From Felis catus (taxonomy: Eukaryota), in contig NC_058381.1 in assembly GCF_018350175.1 (NCBI RefSeq), positions 2,480,001 to 2,544,000 on the forward strand: a DNA stretch of 64,000 nucleotides, in the 5' to 3' direction. Shown here one piece after another: positions 1-13,800 of this stretch. How positions within the stretch are numbered: the first letter of the stretch is position 1; each line of letters starts with the position of its first letter. Below the pieces are notes generated by a model. It ran no database searches, had not been told where the DNA came from, and saw only the letters and a list, made by a program, of their open reading frames with translations. The translations under genes and the position numbers were made by a program.

Positions 1-150
1 CCTTGAAGCCGCGGGGTCCCGGACCCAGCCCGCTGCCCCGCGGTCGCGCTCCCGGTCCCTGGAGTCCCGCGGCCGGATCGCCGCAGCCCCTCTCACCTGG
101 CCTCAGCGTCTGTGGCTGGCGGGTGGGCCAGGCCGGGAACAGCTTTTAAC
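1..150 (-). promoter_or_regulatory. SOX15: Probable 5' UTR/core promoter of SOX15 (CDS lies left of the window)
   Basis: CpG-rich left edge with a TATA-like GGTTAAAAGC on the minus strand (~142-151), about 1.1 kb beyond the FXR2 poly(A) signal. Assigned by conserved synteny only; no SOX15 codons are visible. Confidence 0.4.
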
Positions 151-1253
151 CAGACTCCTCCCCATTCCCTCCCAGCAGACCGCGCCTCCTTAAGGGCGCC
201 AACGTTCCCCCTCCCTTAGGCAAACCCAGGTGTCCCGGGCCTCCCAGCCCCCAACGCTCCCCCTGGGGCACCACGCCCCCTCCCCACCCAAGACCCAGAT
301 GTGGAGCCTTCCGCCCCTGGTAGCTCTGATCCGCTTCCCCTCCCTTCTTGAGCTTTGGCAATTTAAAGTCAATTTTTTGGCACAATGGGATCAAGCACAG
401 GAGAATCAAAAGCCCTCAGGGTCACAATTGAGCCTGGAGGAAGTTGGGAACACCCCACCCCCTACCCCAAACCCTTTTCTAGTGCCTACTGCTCCTCCAA
501 ACCCCTGACCTGGCCCTGGGGCAAGAAAGGCAGTCGGGAGGCAGGCCATTTTTGTTTCCTGAGTCATCCCAGCAGGTGCTCAAGTGATGATTCAGCCCCT
601 TTCTCCAGGTGAGAAAACTTCAATCCTCCCAACTCCAGCCCCCAAACCGTGGTTTCTCCACCGCCTGTTGTATCTCCAAACCGGAGTCTGAAGGCAGGGA
701 GCCAGGGACCCCAAGACAACCCACCCCCAGGACTGAGCAGTCAGCAGCGTGGATGCCAGAGAAGAAGCCTGCATCCAGAGCAGAGAACCAGCAGGAGCGA
801 GAGCTGGCCACCTAAGTCGCAGAGGCTGTCGTGAGGGAACCCTGCTCCCCATCCCGCCCCAGGCCCAGCCCAAGCCCCAGGCCTCAGGTAATCGGATTAA
901 ACAGCCGGCCCTGGCTCTCAGCAGAAACGGGCTGGAGCCCGAGCGCCGCGGAGCAGCCCTACCTAGCCTGCTGTGACTCAGGGTAAAGGAGTGGCCCAGC
1001 TCTCCTACCAGCAGCCCGGGGGGAGGGGAGAAGCCAGAAGCCACAGGCCACGGTCCTCTGGACTTGAAAGCGACCAGGGCCTGGAGAACCTAGGAATGTC
1101 AGGAATTCCCAGAAGTAGACAATCTTTGGAACCCTAGAGAAGCCAGGTGTGGAGAAAACGGAAATGAGGGCCCGGGCAAGTCAAGCCTAGAGAAACCGAT
1201 GTGCCAAACTTGGCCCAAGGAAGGCGCGAGAACCACAGAGCCATTTGGATTTT

Positions 1254-1259
1254 TTTATT
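1254..1259 (-). terminator. FXR2: FXR2 poly(A) signal AATAAA
   Basis: tttatt on + (AATAAA on -), about 590 nt past the FXR2 stop and preceded by AU-rich 3' UTR sequence. Confidence 0.7.
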
Positions 1260-1703
1260 CTCTTTTTAAATACTGTACAGTGAAAAATAAATACGCCTTC
1301 TCATCCACCAGACAAGGTTGGTCCCCCCTCCCCTGGGGGACCTTGTCACCCCCCTTCATACACACCCCTGGTTCTACTCCAAAACCTTCCCCATGCCTCC
1401 CACCCACTTATACCCTTACTATCCCCGTCTTCCACAGTGATGAGGCCCCAGAAATGGGGGGTACAGGATGGGAGGAGGGATAGCAGGGGAGCCCCCCTGA
1501 ACTGTCAAATCTGGGTGGATCAAGGAGCACCCCGCACCAGCAGGCGGAGAATGGGGGTGTTCAGAGAGATCGGGGCATTGGAGGATAAAGGCACATCCAG
1601 TCTGATGGGGAAGGAGAGAGGCTCCCCTCACCCTGGGGGTAAGGGTGGACAAGAGGGAGGGGGGTATGACCCTGTTACACACCCCTCCACGAGCTCCTGG
1701 AGG

Positions 1704-1834
1704 NNNNNNNNNNNNNNNNNNNNNNNNNNNNNNNNNNNNNNNNNNNNNNNNNNNNNNNNNNNNNNNNNNNNNNNNNNNNNNNNNNNNNNNNNNNNNNNNN
1801 NNNNNNNNNNNNNNNNNNNNNNNNNNNNNNNNNN
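1704..1834. other. Assembly gap (N run) in the FXR2 3' UTR
   Basis: Run of N. Confidence 0.99.
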
Positions 1835-1842
1835 TGGAGGTT

Positions 1843-4800
1843 TTATGAAACCCCGTTCACCAAACTACCCAACTCCAGGGGGGCGGAGAGCTCCCCGTTC
1901 TCTGAGGGGCCCTTAGGAAGCTTGCTGACAGAGTCGCCCTGGGGAGGAAGTGGGAAAGGAGGATGGTCAGTAGAAATTCAGGTAAGACATCCCTCACCAT
2001 CCTAGTGCTGTGGCATCTGGCGCCCCAACGGCTAGTCCCCTGAGCGGAGTCTCTAATAACTCTTACAAGAGTCCAGAAGCACCTTAACAAACCTCCCTCT
2101 GTCCTGCTCAAACTTTCCACTATTCTAGACGGCGGTCTAGACTCCGGACATCGCTTCCTCTGCGATTTAGCAAGAGGTTCCTTTGCGAATTCCTTGTGCC
2201 CGCCCAGCAGAGAAAAGGAGGTGGGCTGAAGGACATCTCGCCCGCCTACCTTCTGTCCTGAAAGAGAGTCCTCGGAGGGTTTAGTGCGTTCCAGGGGCGG
2301 CCGCTGGCGGCTCTGAGACTCTGCTCGGGAGATGTAGTCAGCCACAGTCACTGGGAAAGGCAGAGGACCAAGAGTTTCAGAAGGAACCAGGTGTCCAGCT
2401 CCCGGACACCCACCAGACCCCAACCCCCCGTTTTCATACGGGGGGAGGCAGCCCGTTCTCTCCACTCCGAGGAAGGACGCCGGCACCCAGTGTGAGCTGA
2501 CCTGGCTGCCGGTCTCCACTGATGGAGCCATCGGTCCTGTTCCCACGGTTACGGCGACGGCGGCTCCGGTTCCGACGCTGGGGTCTTGACTCGTCTTCTG
2601 TGGGACAGAGAAAAACCAAGCCGTGCACCTCATCTCCCACACCTCCGTTCCTGCCCAGCTCGAACTCCTTGAGACCCCAGGCAGAGCCCTTACCCAGGCC
2701 GTTCTCCGTCATGCCGGGCCCGTCCGATTCCAGGCCTCCGTCCATGACAGTCCTGTCGTCGTCGGTGCGGCGGCGGCGGGAGCGGCGGCGCCTGGCGCTT
2801 GCTGGGGGGGGTTCCCCGGGCTCTGAATCAACCGGGGGCTCTGGTTCAGACGTGTCCAGTAGGCTGTAGGGGTTACTGTCTGGATCTTTCAGCACTGGTT
2901 ACAGGAAGAGGAGGACCTGGTCATCACGTGTCCATCATTTTCCCTTTCGGCCTACGCTCTCGAACCCAGCTGTCTGATACTGGTACCTGAGCTAATAGAC
3001 GAAGCGTTGTATCTTGTGGTGGGCCGGGGGGCAGGTGGGGGCCCCCTACCCCGGCCCCCAATCGGCCGCCTCCGGCTTTCTTCCCCCCGGGTTGGGGGGT
3101 CCCGGTCACCAGGCCCAGCTCTGTTGGGCTCCTCTCTCTTCTCGGACTCAGTCTCAGAAGCTGTGGATGGGTCTGAGCTGGGGCCTGAAGGAGACAGTGG
3201 GCTTCGGTCAGGGTCACTCACCCCACCCCTCCCACTCACAAGTCCCCCAGCCAACGGCATCTTCAATGTGTCCATCGGCCTTCCCTGGAGATTCCGCCCA
3301 GACCCCTGCTTCTCCAAGGCCCACCGCTGTTCACCTCCCGCAGCCGTCTTACCGTAGGCGGGACCGCCCGTCCTCCGGCCGCGGCCCCGGCCCCCATAGC
3401 TGCCCCCGTAGGTTCGGGTGGTGTGGAGGGAAGAGGAGGAGCTCTCATCCGTGGTATAGCCAGCCTTGTCACTGCCACCGCTGCCGCGCCCGCTCCCGGG
3501 AGGGCGGAAGCCCAGCCCGATCTGGCGAAGCTGTTCGTCAATCTGCAGCCTCTCCAAGCGAAGCTGCTCCACCTCCTGGTTGGGTGGGGGATGGAGAAAG
3601 ATACCGAAGGGGGAACAGACGTGAGCTCGACGACCAATCCTCACTCAGGCTTCTGCGCCCTGACCGTCCCCATACACCTAAACTCTCCGGAATGCAAGAC
3701 GGAAGACACTGGCTCAGCAAGGAAGATTCTGCGGTCCAACCCTACAGCCCCAGATCTCCATTCAGTGCTTTCTGTTCTACTCAAGATACAAACTGGGCGT
3801 CACAACTGCTAACTTTATCCACCAGTAGCCTTCGTCTCCTTCCTACACCCAGATCTTTCCCGTCCCAGGCTTCCGGCTCGGGTACCTGCAGGTAGGAGAG
3901 ATGATATTCCAGCAGAGCCTGGGCATTACTGATATTCTCCCGGGTGCCAACAAATATGAAGGGAACCATGCCCTGCGCGGCAGAGAGGACGGGAGGGTTA
4001 GGAGGGTCGATGCGAGTAGTAAGTCCACCCTGGCCCCTCCGGAAGCTCAGCCAGTGGGACCACTCTGGGCTCTGCATCTTCTGGAGGACACAAGTCCCCA
4101 TCCTCCACCCCTAGAGATCCGGGCCCACGGAGAAGGGGCTCTGCGAACAACCCCACCTACTCCTGGAAACCAATCTCCAGATGCAGACGCCCCGTACCTC
4201 CTCCCTGGGGTTCTTCTTGTCATTGTCACCTTCTACGCGAACCCTCACCACACCAGATTTATCCACAATCTCCTGGATCACTTTCCCGTTCTTCCCAATC
4301 ACTTTGCCTGAATGGGTAAAGGAGGAATTAGGCCTTTTTTTTTTTTTTAACAGAAAAGACAAAAAGTAAAAACAGATCAACAGTTTTCCAGCTTCTATAT
4401 ATGGATTCGGTTTAAGTATTCTCCTGCTTGTAAGTCTCTGGTGAGTTTTCACAGGACAAAAGTTTACGATCCCTGGAAATCTGTTCTTCCATTTCCCTCA
4501 ATCCTACAAGACTGCTGGCTCTGTCCTTGTGAAACTGGGAGTCCGCAGGGAGGCGCCAAGCCTAGAACCCCTTTAGGGAATCTCACACCGAGCCCCACCT
4601 GTATTCTTTTATCTGCACACACCCTCAACTCACCAACAAGGTTCCTGGGCACTTGCACGGAGTCCTCAGAAAACTCCAGGTAGCTTCGGGCCTGTCGGCA
4701 CGCCTCAGGAGTCTACAGAGAGCAGCGGGGAGCAGTTACTCACACAGGGGCCCTGGATCTCAATCGTCTTCCTGCCACCCTCTGCCTTTGGGAAAGCGTG

Positions 4801-7800
4801 CTGCCACCAAGTCAGAGAAGGAGGTGGACAGGACTCAGGCTTCCTTGCCACCTCACCCTTTCTTCTCTCTACCCCCAAGCCACCTAANNNNNNNNNNNNN
4901 NNNNNNNNNNNNNNNNNNNNNNNNNNNNNNNNNNNNNNNNNNNNNNNNNNNNNNNNNNNNNNNNNNNNNNNNNNNNNNNNNNNNNNNNNNNNNNNNNNNN
5001 NNNNNNNNNNNNNNNNNNNNNNNNNNNNNNNNNNNNNNNNNNNNNNNNNNNTGGAAGGCTGCCGCCAGCTGCTTACTTGTCTGAAAGGAAAAGGCGCTGC
5101 CGGATCCCTGGTGGTGGAACCCCACACACCCGTCCCAGGCACCTGACGCTCGGCATGACTTCGATGAGAGAAAAACGTAAGGAAACAAGTCAGAACTACC
5201 CCAGATCCACTGACCCCAGGACCTGCACAGAGAATTCGGGAATCTTTCATTCCACTCCTACCTTGCAGACGCCAATGGCCTGGCGGGGAGAGGAGGTAAA
5301 TGAGGGCAGAGTTTGGCTGGCAGCCGCCAAAGTTCTGGATTTGGCTCTAACATGATCTGGCTGTGTGATCCTAAACAAAACACGCTCTCTGCGTCTCTAT
5401 TCTGTCATCTGCTGAATGATTACACCTGACTTACCCCATTCCCAGACTAGCAAGAGGATTAAGTAAAGTCAGCGAGAAAGGACCTTTCACAAGGTAAATG
5501 CAAGGCTAAGGAACTACTGTTACCTTAACCAAACTATTATCAACCCCCAAAATAAAACCCGACAAGTGGAGTAGAAAGCAGGGGTTGAAAAAGCAGGAAA
5601 GGAGCCGTGGACCACCACACGACCTCATTTCGCAACCTGCTCTTAGACACCTGGGTACCAGGGCAGGAAGACAGGGAAGGTTCTAGAAGAGGGAGTCCTA
5701 GGTAGGAAGCCCCAAACAAGAAAGATTTCTGAAAAGGGACATTCTACTTCCTACTTCCACGACAGATGAGGTTGTGCTACGGCAACGACTCACACTGAGG
5801 CAAAAAGAGAAAGCTGAATAAAAGGGACTACATTGGCGATTCAAAATAAAAGAATTAGGGAGGGGAGAAGAGGATTTACAATGATTTACAAATGTCCTCT
5901 AGAGAAGTTTGCCAAGGGTTTTATTTCTTAGACGGCCTGATGAGTACATGGGCACTGGTATTTTTTTCCTTTGCAATGTTTCAAAACAATTAGAAAAAAA
6001 AAAAAGGGCAAAAAATAAGAGCAATTCTCTCAAAAACAAAGACATGCTCCTATTCTTTTTTTTAAATGTTTATTTTTGAGAGAGAAGAGCACACATGCAC
6101 ACATGAGGGACAGGCAGAGAGAGGGAGGGAGACAGAGGATTCGAAGCAGGCTCCGTGCTGAGCAAAGAGCCCGATGTGGGGCTCAAACCCACTAACCTCG
6201 GGGTCATGACCTGAGCCAAAGTCGGACGCTTAACCGAGTCACCCAAGCACCCCTATTTTTTTAATTTAACTTTTAATGTTTTTATTTATTTTTGAGAGAG
6301 AGCAAGACAGAGTGTGGGCAGGGGAGGGACAGATAGAGAGGGAGACACAGAATCCAAAGCAGGCTCCAGGCTCCGAGCTGTCAGCAGAGAGCTCCATGCA
6401 GGGCCCAAATCCACAAGCTATGAGATCATGACCTGAGCCCAGGTCGGACGCTTAACCAACTGAATCAGCCAGGTGCCCCCTATTATTTTATTTTTTTTTT
6501 TTTTGAGTAAGCTCCACGCCCAACGTGGGGCTTGAACTCACAATCCTGAGATCGAGTCGGATACTCTACTGACTGAGCTAGCCAGGCGCCCTGACGTGTT
6601 CCTATTCTTAAGACCTTGCACATATGGCTAACTTAGTATCCGGCACACTTTGCCACGCTGATCAATACACCCAGGTCCTAGGAGAGTCGAACAGTCTACT
6701 TTCGTTCACCAGAGAATCTGCTCGCTGGGACCTGGAGCAGACAGAATTTGTATCATCTGGGGGAAAAGGTGAATTTTTAACTGCCAGTGCTCTGAGTAGC
6801 ATCCCTGCAAAAGTGAAAGAGTAGCATGATCCAGAATTTGTTCAAGCTCAGAGAAAAGCCTCCCCAAGAGCTCAGTTCTCTTGATAAATGGAAACACACA
6901 CCCACCCTGCTTGTTTAGGACAGTACACTGCCTAAGGAAAGAGAATCTGACCATAAGATATCAGAACTGGAAAAGACCTTGTAGGAATATTCTAGTCTAA
7001 CTACCTCATTATCACAGATGGAGATTAAGCCCACAGAAATCAAATGATCTGCCAAAGGTCAATATTTGACAAAACAAGACTTGGGATTCCAAGTCCAGTG
7101 GTCCTTCCAGCGTACAAATGGTTCTCACATATATCCTGCAAAGCATTTTGATTCCCAGAAGGGATATGGGCACACCCCCTCTTCTACTTTTAGACAGAGC
7201 TGCTCTGATTGATCTGTTTTATGCATTGCGTTTTCAAGTAAAATTTCACTTGATCAAAAGGTCCCACAGTGAAGAAAAAAGTTTGAGAACAACTGTACTA
7301 TTATAACACGATGGAGCTCTGCCATCTGGAGGAGTCTGGGATGACACAGTAGACTCAAGTTTAATGGCCCAGAAAGACCTTAGTCTTTCTATTCTGTAAA
7401 CACAAGAGCATGAGTGAAGGATGGAGGTGGGACAGGGGGAGGACAACAATACCATTCAGCAGGAAAAAGTGGAGCCAGAACTCACCTCTAGGTGTTTGGT
7501 AGCTTCTTCGTTGCGGGACATGAGTAGCAGTTTGGTGCGCAGGCTTCGAAAATGCATATCACCCAACAGGGACGCCCGCTTCACGGGAGCCTCTGTGGTT
7601 GACTGGAAGAAACCAATGGAAAAGTCATTTTAAAAAAGACTGAATACACACTGGGGGAGAGCCAAGAGCTGGGATATCTGGATGCCTGAATATCTAGAAA
7701 AGGACAGGTGGTATGAAACGAAGCTAAGGAAGAGAAAAATCATTGTCCGTCTCACAAGGGCCTACTATCTGAGGACCTAGGGGAAGTGATTTTAGGGAGC

Positions 7801-10800
7801 AAGCAGAGCTGAGAACCGTACAGTCTACTTGAGTCCAAATACGCAAGGGAGGGTCCAGCCCAGATGGCAATACAATAGACAGGTTAGAAAAATAAATGAT
7901 GGTCCTACACGAGGGAAACTAGGGAAACGTGGGCTACCTGGGCCCTCGGGGGTCAGGAACAATAAAGTCTCCTTTGACAAGTAAATATAAGCACCTCTGA
8001 GCCCCTTCCTTTCTGCAAAGGAGTTAAAAAGGTAGAAGGAAAAATTGCTAAAAGGGCTTACGTGAAATTCAGGTGGAGTAACTCACCAGAATGAAGAGCT
8101 CACTATTTGTGATGTTGAGAAAGATGCAGTTCGCACCCAGCGCTTTCTTGAACTCTTTATGGACGTTTTCATTTGAGCAGCTGCAGAGGAAGAGAAGAGC
8201 GCTCAGAGGCACAGAGCAGAGTGCAGTCAGAGGCTCAGGGAAGGGGGGGGGGATGACAAAAACAAGAAAAGAGGAAGGACTGAAGTAGAGAACAGGGATG
8301 AAGAGAGGAACTGGGAGCAGAAGGGGCTCTGGAGAAGACAGGATGGAGAGCGTTGGGAGAAATCAGGGCGGAGGAGGAATGTCAAGGGGCCCCCTCCCGA
8401 CACCAATAACTCACGCCTCTCTCAGATCCTCAGGCACGGCCATGGTCACTTTGAAGAAGCTGCCTTTGGTTGCAAGAGGATTGGGATTGACTGGCCGGAG
8501 CCGCTCCAGGGTGACAATCTCATTGTAAGTGGCATCACAGGCAGCATATTCGATGACATAGAACTGGCAGAAAGGGAGAAAGAATGGAGAAGTTGGGGAT
8601 GACCTGAGCACCTGCCTCCCACCCTTCTGTGACCACGGTCTTTGCCTCAACAGCTCTCCAAGGGCCTCCGAGTCAACTCACATCTCCCTTCATCATCCGC
8701 ACCCTGGCCAGCCACCAGCCGCAAGGTTCCTGTTCATTGGCTCGAGAATAAACCTGAAGAAAAGTTGAAAATAAAAGACTTACTGAGGACCATCCCCAAA
8801 CATCACAAGTTGAAGAAGCATTCAGACACCTGACTGGCACGCTACGACAAAGGAAACTAGAGGAAGGAGCAAATTAAAAATCAGACTGATTTTATGTGCC
8901 GTTACCATAGATGGAGAAAAAGTGACTCCTCGAAACTGGGAAGCCCCTGAGAGTCTGGTTGGACACACAATGACAGGGAACCGGTGCATTTCACTTTTTC
9001 ACAGGCCACCGGGCTGGGTGTAGCGGCTCAGCATGGAGAGGGAAGGAGAGTGAACCAAGCAGTGAGGAGCCTAGGGTACTAGTATCAGGGCAAGGAAGAC
9101 GGCAGAAGCCTGGGAAAAGTGACATCTAGAGAGGGTGGGCCCCGTGGCCCTTACCTCAACCTCATCCCCTTCTGTGATCTCTTTATTATAGTCAGCTGGA
9201 GGCGGTAGCCGGACGTCCCCAAAGGGAATCTGTCTCTCACTCTGCCAGCTGCAAGGGAAACCGTGACATGAAAGCCATTCGGGCCAATGTGGTTGCCCGT
9301 TTTTTCAGGAGGGGGTTATGGCCTCTTCTGGGCAATTGCCACCTTCTCTGGTGATCAGAGGCTAAATTCCAGGTCCTCCTCCATAGTGGTGTCTTCTGTC
9401 GCTTGCTAGCACCTAAATACTAGGTCACATGTCCCCCACCCTCACCTGGGATCCACAGAAGTTGACCGCCCCTCCCCCAAAGCCCTGGCTCTCTCCCACC
9501 TATTACAGGCCTCATAGGACTCAGCCACCCCTTCTTCTCCACTCTCCTTCTAGGACCCAGTATGCTGCATTCTCTATTCCCAAGGTCTTACTTGTTTTCA
9601 AAGAAGATGGTGACAGAGTCTTCATGGACATCCTTCACAAAGCCCTAGAATGGATTTTAGGACAAATTAGATGAAAGAAAGAAGAAAAGAAAAGAAAAGA
9701 AAAGAAAAGAAAAGAAAAGAAAAGAAAAGAAAAGAAAAGAAAAGAAAGAGAAAGAGAGAAAGAAAATGACAATTTACCACCACTGTGGCCATCAAGGGAA
9801 CAGATATTTAGAGGCCATTACCTAGAGTATTAGATGGGGACAGAAGCAATCTAAAGATAGGGCCGGAAAAACCTGTACTGGGGAAAAAGTACGAAATGTT
9901 GAGATAGAGACAAAGGACATGGTACTGGCATGGAAAGAAAAGTGGCAAAATCCAGAAATAAGATGAGACAGAAGTTAAATAGAAGGGGGACAGACCACCT
10001 CCATCAGAACAGCTTGGAAACCGATGGTCTAGCATGGCTCCCACAGGGGCCTCCCTATCTGTCTGTCTCCTGTTGTGCTGAGCAACTTGCCAGAGTTCAA
10101 TTAAAATACCAACAACACTCAGCAGGGCTAAGAATATCCCATGAGACAGTGTGAGGCTGTCCTGGAACACCTAGAGGACATCAGGATCCGCCAAGAGAGA
10201 GAAGGGTCTAGCGCCCCGATGCAGCAAGAGACCTGAGCAAACTTGGTGCCTTCACGGCTGGGTCCTAAGTGGATAATCAGAACACTGGTGTTCAAAACGA
10301 TGAACACAATTTACGGAAGGAAAAATCGTGACTTAAGTGATGTGAGATTCTGGAATCCTAGACTGTGATACGCTGCTATGAATATGAAAAGGATAAAATT
10401 CGTAGAAAACCCCAATCTTGAGATGATGACATGGGAGAGGAACAGGGATGACGGACTAGCTGGTCCACTTCCTACTGCCTGTGTCCTCACTGAAGAGGCC
10501 AAGGCTGTGTGTTCCCCCATTTTTCTACCTTCTCTCTCGATTTTTCACATACTCAAAATGAGGGACTAACTCTGAAAGTCTAACTGATCAATCTGTTCTT
10601 TTAGAATTGAGCTTTTAGTTTCCTAAGAAACCTTTGCCTAATCTAAGGCGACAAGGTTTTCTTATATTTCTTCCTCTGAAGTTTCATAGTTTTTATTTTA
10701 CATTTAGGTTTGTGATCCACTTTGAGTTGAATTCTGCATATGGTGCGAGATATGATCAAAAGCCATTTTTTATCCATGAATAGCCAGTTATTTGAACACC

Positions 10801-13800
10801 ATTTGTTGAAAAGACTACCCTTTCGCTACTGAATTGCCTTTTCACTTTAGTTCAAAAATCAGGAAGTGCAAATTAATTTATTAATGACAGAAAGCAGATC
10901 CATGATTGACAGGGAACTTTTGGCAGTGAAGGAAATATCTTGATTGTGGTCACGGTCTGACATAGATCTATACAGATATTTAGACAGATGTATGTATGTC
11001 AAAACTTGAACAAACTATATTTTGAATACAGGTACTTCTCTGTTTATACCTCAATAAAGCTGTTTTTAAAAATTAGGGGTTTCAAGGGCACCCGGGTGGC
11101 TCAGTCGGTTAGGCGTCCAGCTTCGGCTCAGGTCATGATCTCACAGGCCGTAAGTTCGAGCCCCGCATCGGGCTCTGTGCTGACAGCTCGGAGCCTGGAG
11201 CCTGCTTTGGACTCTGTGTCTCCCTCTCTCTCTGCTCCTCCCCCACTCATGCTGTCTCTCTGTCTCTCAAAAATAAAATAAAACATTAACAAAAAAATTT
11301 GTTTAATAAAAACTTAAAAATTAGGGGTTTCAAAAGGCTAATGCACAAGAACTATTCCCGAGCTTTGCGGCTAGGCACAAAAGCTGAGCTCAGGAGAGAA
11401 AATACCAAAAATGCAGACTCGTCTCCCTCGCACCTCCAAGAACTGGTCAATCACATCTTACTGTACTGCTGTTTCCTTACGGTGAGAAAAGCGAAATCCA
11501 GATTTCACTGTCGATACCGGCTGACCACCCTTCCCTTCTTTCGGCACAGATCTCACGGCACCTTCCTACTGTCCAGGGAACTTGGTGGTACTCCCGGGGC
11601 CGCCCGGCCTCTCCCTCACCTGTACTTTACTCTTCTCTGTCATTCCCCTCCCCAGACAGGTTTTCTCCACTCTTCGTTCAGCTCCATCAATACCCACTCC
11701 TACTATTCTCCATGCCAAGTCTTCTGACACAGTTTTGCCCCTCAGTTATTTGCCCAAGTCCTTCTTCTTGCCTTTTGGGTCCTCCTCCCGTCAGCACTCA
11801 CACTGCATCTCTGGCCTCCCTCTTCTTTTCTCCCTTTATGAGGGTCTGTCTGGATTTCTAGAGACATTTCAACCGGCCTCTTCTGCTGACTTTATCCAAT
11901 TCTTTGTCCAAAACGTCTATCTCCAAGCTTGAAAAACAGTGTGAGAGCGAGATCTATTCTCAAAACATTTAGGGATGAGATACAAGGCAGTGGAAGAGAC
12001 AGAGGAAGAGAACCACTTGTCTTCTCCCTTGGGAAGAGGTTCCCACTCCCAGATATGCTCACCCACAAAAGATATGCCTACAGCCCTAATCCAGTTCTCC
12101 CCCAGTATGTCAGGGTTGGCCCTCAGGCAGAAGTAGCAATCCCTGTGTTTTCAGCTACCATCATCCCCAAGGCAGAAACGTAGAGCTCAGAAATGGAGTT
12201 TCTCTACACATTACTCAGCAGTTCAACCAAATGCCACACACTCTTATACTTCCAGGGTCTTTTTCCTTCAAATATTCTCCCAGACAAGCTTGCTCCTCGA
12301 CTTCATATTCCAACCCAGTCTCTGCTCCTTACTCTCACCTGCATCATCGGTCTGTTTTCCTCCAAAGATACCAGTGGAAGAAGGTGAGCTCCCAGTTCTG
12401 CTCAGTCCATGCTCATTAAGAAGATAAGCAGGTGAGGGCAGGAGCAGGTGAGTCAATCTCTACAAGGCCAACTAGATGCAAAGATGACTCAATTTGGCGG
12501 CCATGGCATATCGTGGCTTTGGCTTATAGGGCCTAGGACCAGACAGAAGAGTGACCCAGGTTTCTAGATGCTTGTTTCCTCAGATTACAAAGTATGCAAT
12601 TAGCCCTCACCTCCATCCTAGTCCTGGGCTCTGAGAGGAGGGACTTCTGGGAGAAAAGCAGGCAGGGCCTGGGTAAAAACCACAGGTTGAGGCTGAGGAT
12701 GCTAAATTTCTTGAGAAAGGAATGGAAATTTGGGTACCCAGGTAAGGCCTGGGAACTTGCTAACTGTGCCCTGAAAGGTGAACAGACATTTCATTTCATC
12801 TGAGAGTACAACTCAGAGAATAAAATACACTTAAGAGCCGCAAGAGAAGACTTGGCGGGATAGCTACAGGAGAAGCGAGGGCCCAGACCCGACCTCCGTC
12901 CTAACTTGGAGGATCAACAGCAGGACCCAATTCTAAGACAGGAGAAAGGGGCCTTCCCAAATTCGTAATTCTAGAAACATGGTAAACACTCTTTGACCCA
13001 CACCAAAGTTTGCTGAGTCATGAATATTAAATCAGTAGCAAGGTCAGAATGGCTAAGTATCTATATGGCACTGAAAAGTTGAAGAAAGATTAGTCTGAAT
13101 TTACGGATTTGTTTTTAACTGTGCCATGGGGCACAAAATGCTAACGTGGCCCGAACAGAAAACCCACATCACCTGGCTTTCAGCTCAACTGCAAACTCTA
13201 CTCTCTGATTTCAAAATATCCTCTCCCTGATTCTCCCAAGCCCATCACTGCCACGGCCCACAGTGGAAAAAAGGAAAAACTCAGAGAGAGATTTCAGTCT
13301 GACGCTTACACGTGGAGAGGGAAACGTCTCCCTTCCCGTTCGTCTCACACAGTTAATCTGAACTAGATACCAATCTTTCCCAGCGATGCTTAGCTCCTAT
13401 GCTTCCTAGAATAAAAGCAAACGTCGTCTCTCAATCTCAAACACTAAGCATCACTTTTCTTGGAACCCAGAGTTTAGGAGTGGGACAGACCAGGACGAAG
13501 GACAAAACAGTGGGGAACACGGGGCTAAAATCTTAGCAGGGAGGGCCTTTCAACAAAGGTAACCCAAGTTTGAAGAAAAAGGAGACAAGAGACAAATGTA
13601 CTCATCGGAATCGGAAAGGAATTAGAGACTTTTGCCAAAGAAAACAGAAATGCTACGGGGGCAGGCTAGAAGAAAAAGTCCCATGTTAGAAAAGTATGCA
13701 CAAAAAGATGACAGAAGAGATCTTCTGGGAGTTTCCTTCAGACTTGGAATAAGGTGGTTCCTGGGGGAATACACTGGAACACAGAAGTGGTGGATAAAAC

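Noticed and set aside
592-1044. 150-aa minus-strand ORF near the expected SOX15 position
   Set aside because: No HMG box and no SOX15-like sequence; non-ATG start; GC-rich chance ORF in promoter DNA
1694-1840. tggagg on both sides of the N gap, suggesting a false gap or overlap
   Set aside because: A 6-nt match is expected by chance; no longer overlap is visible
3014-3895. 293-aa plus-strand ORF antisense to FXR2 exons 11-13
   Set aside because: Antisense shadow of GC-rich coding exons with no recognisable domain
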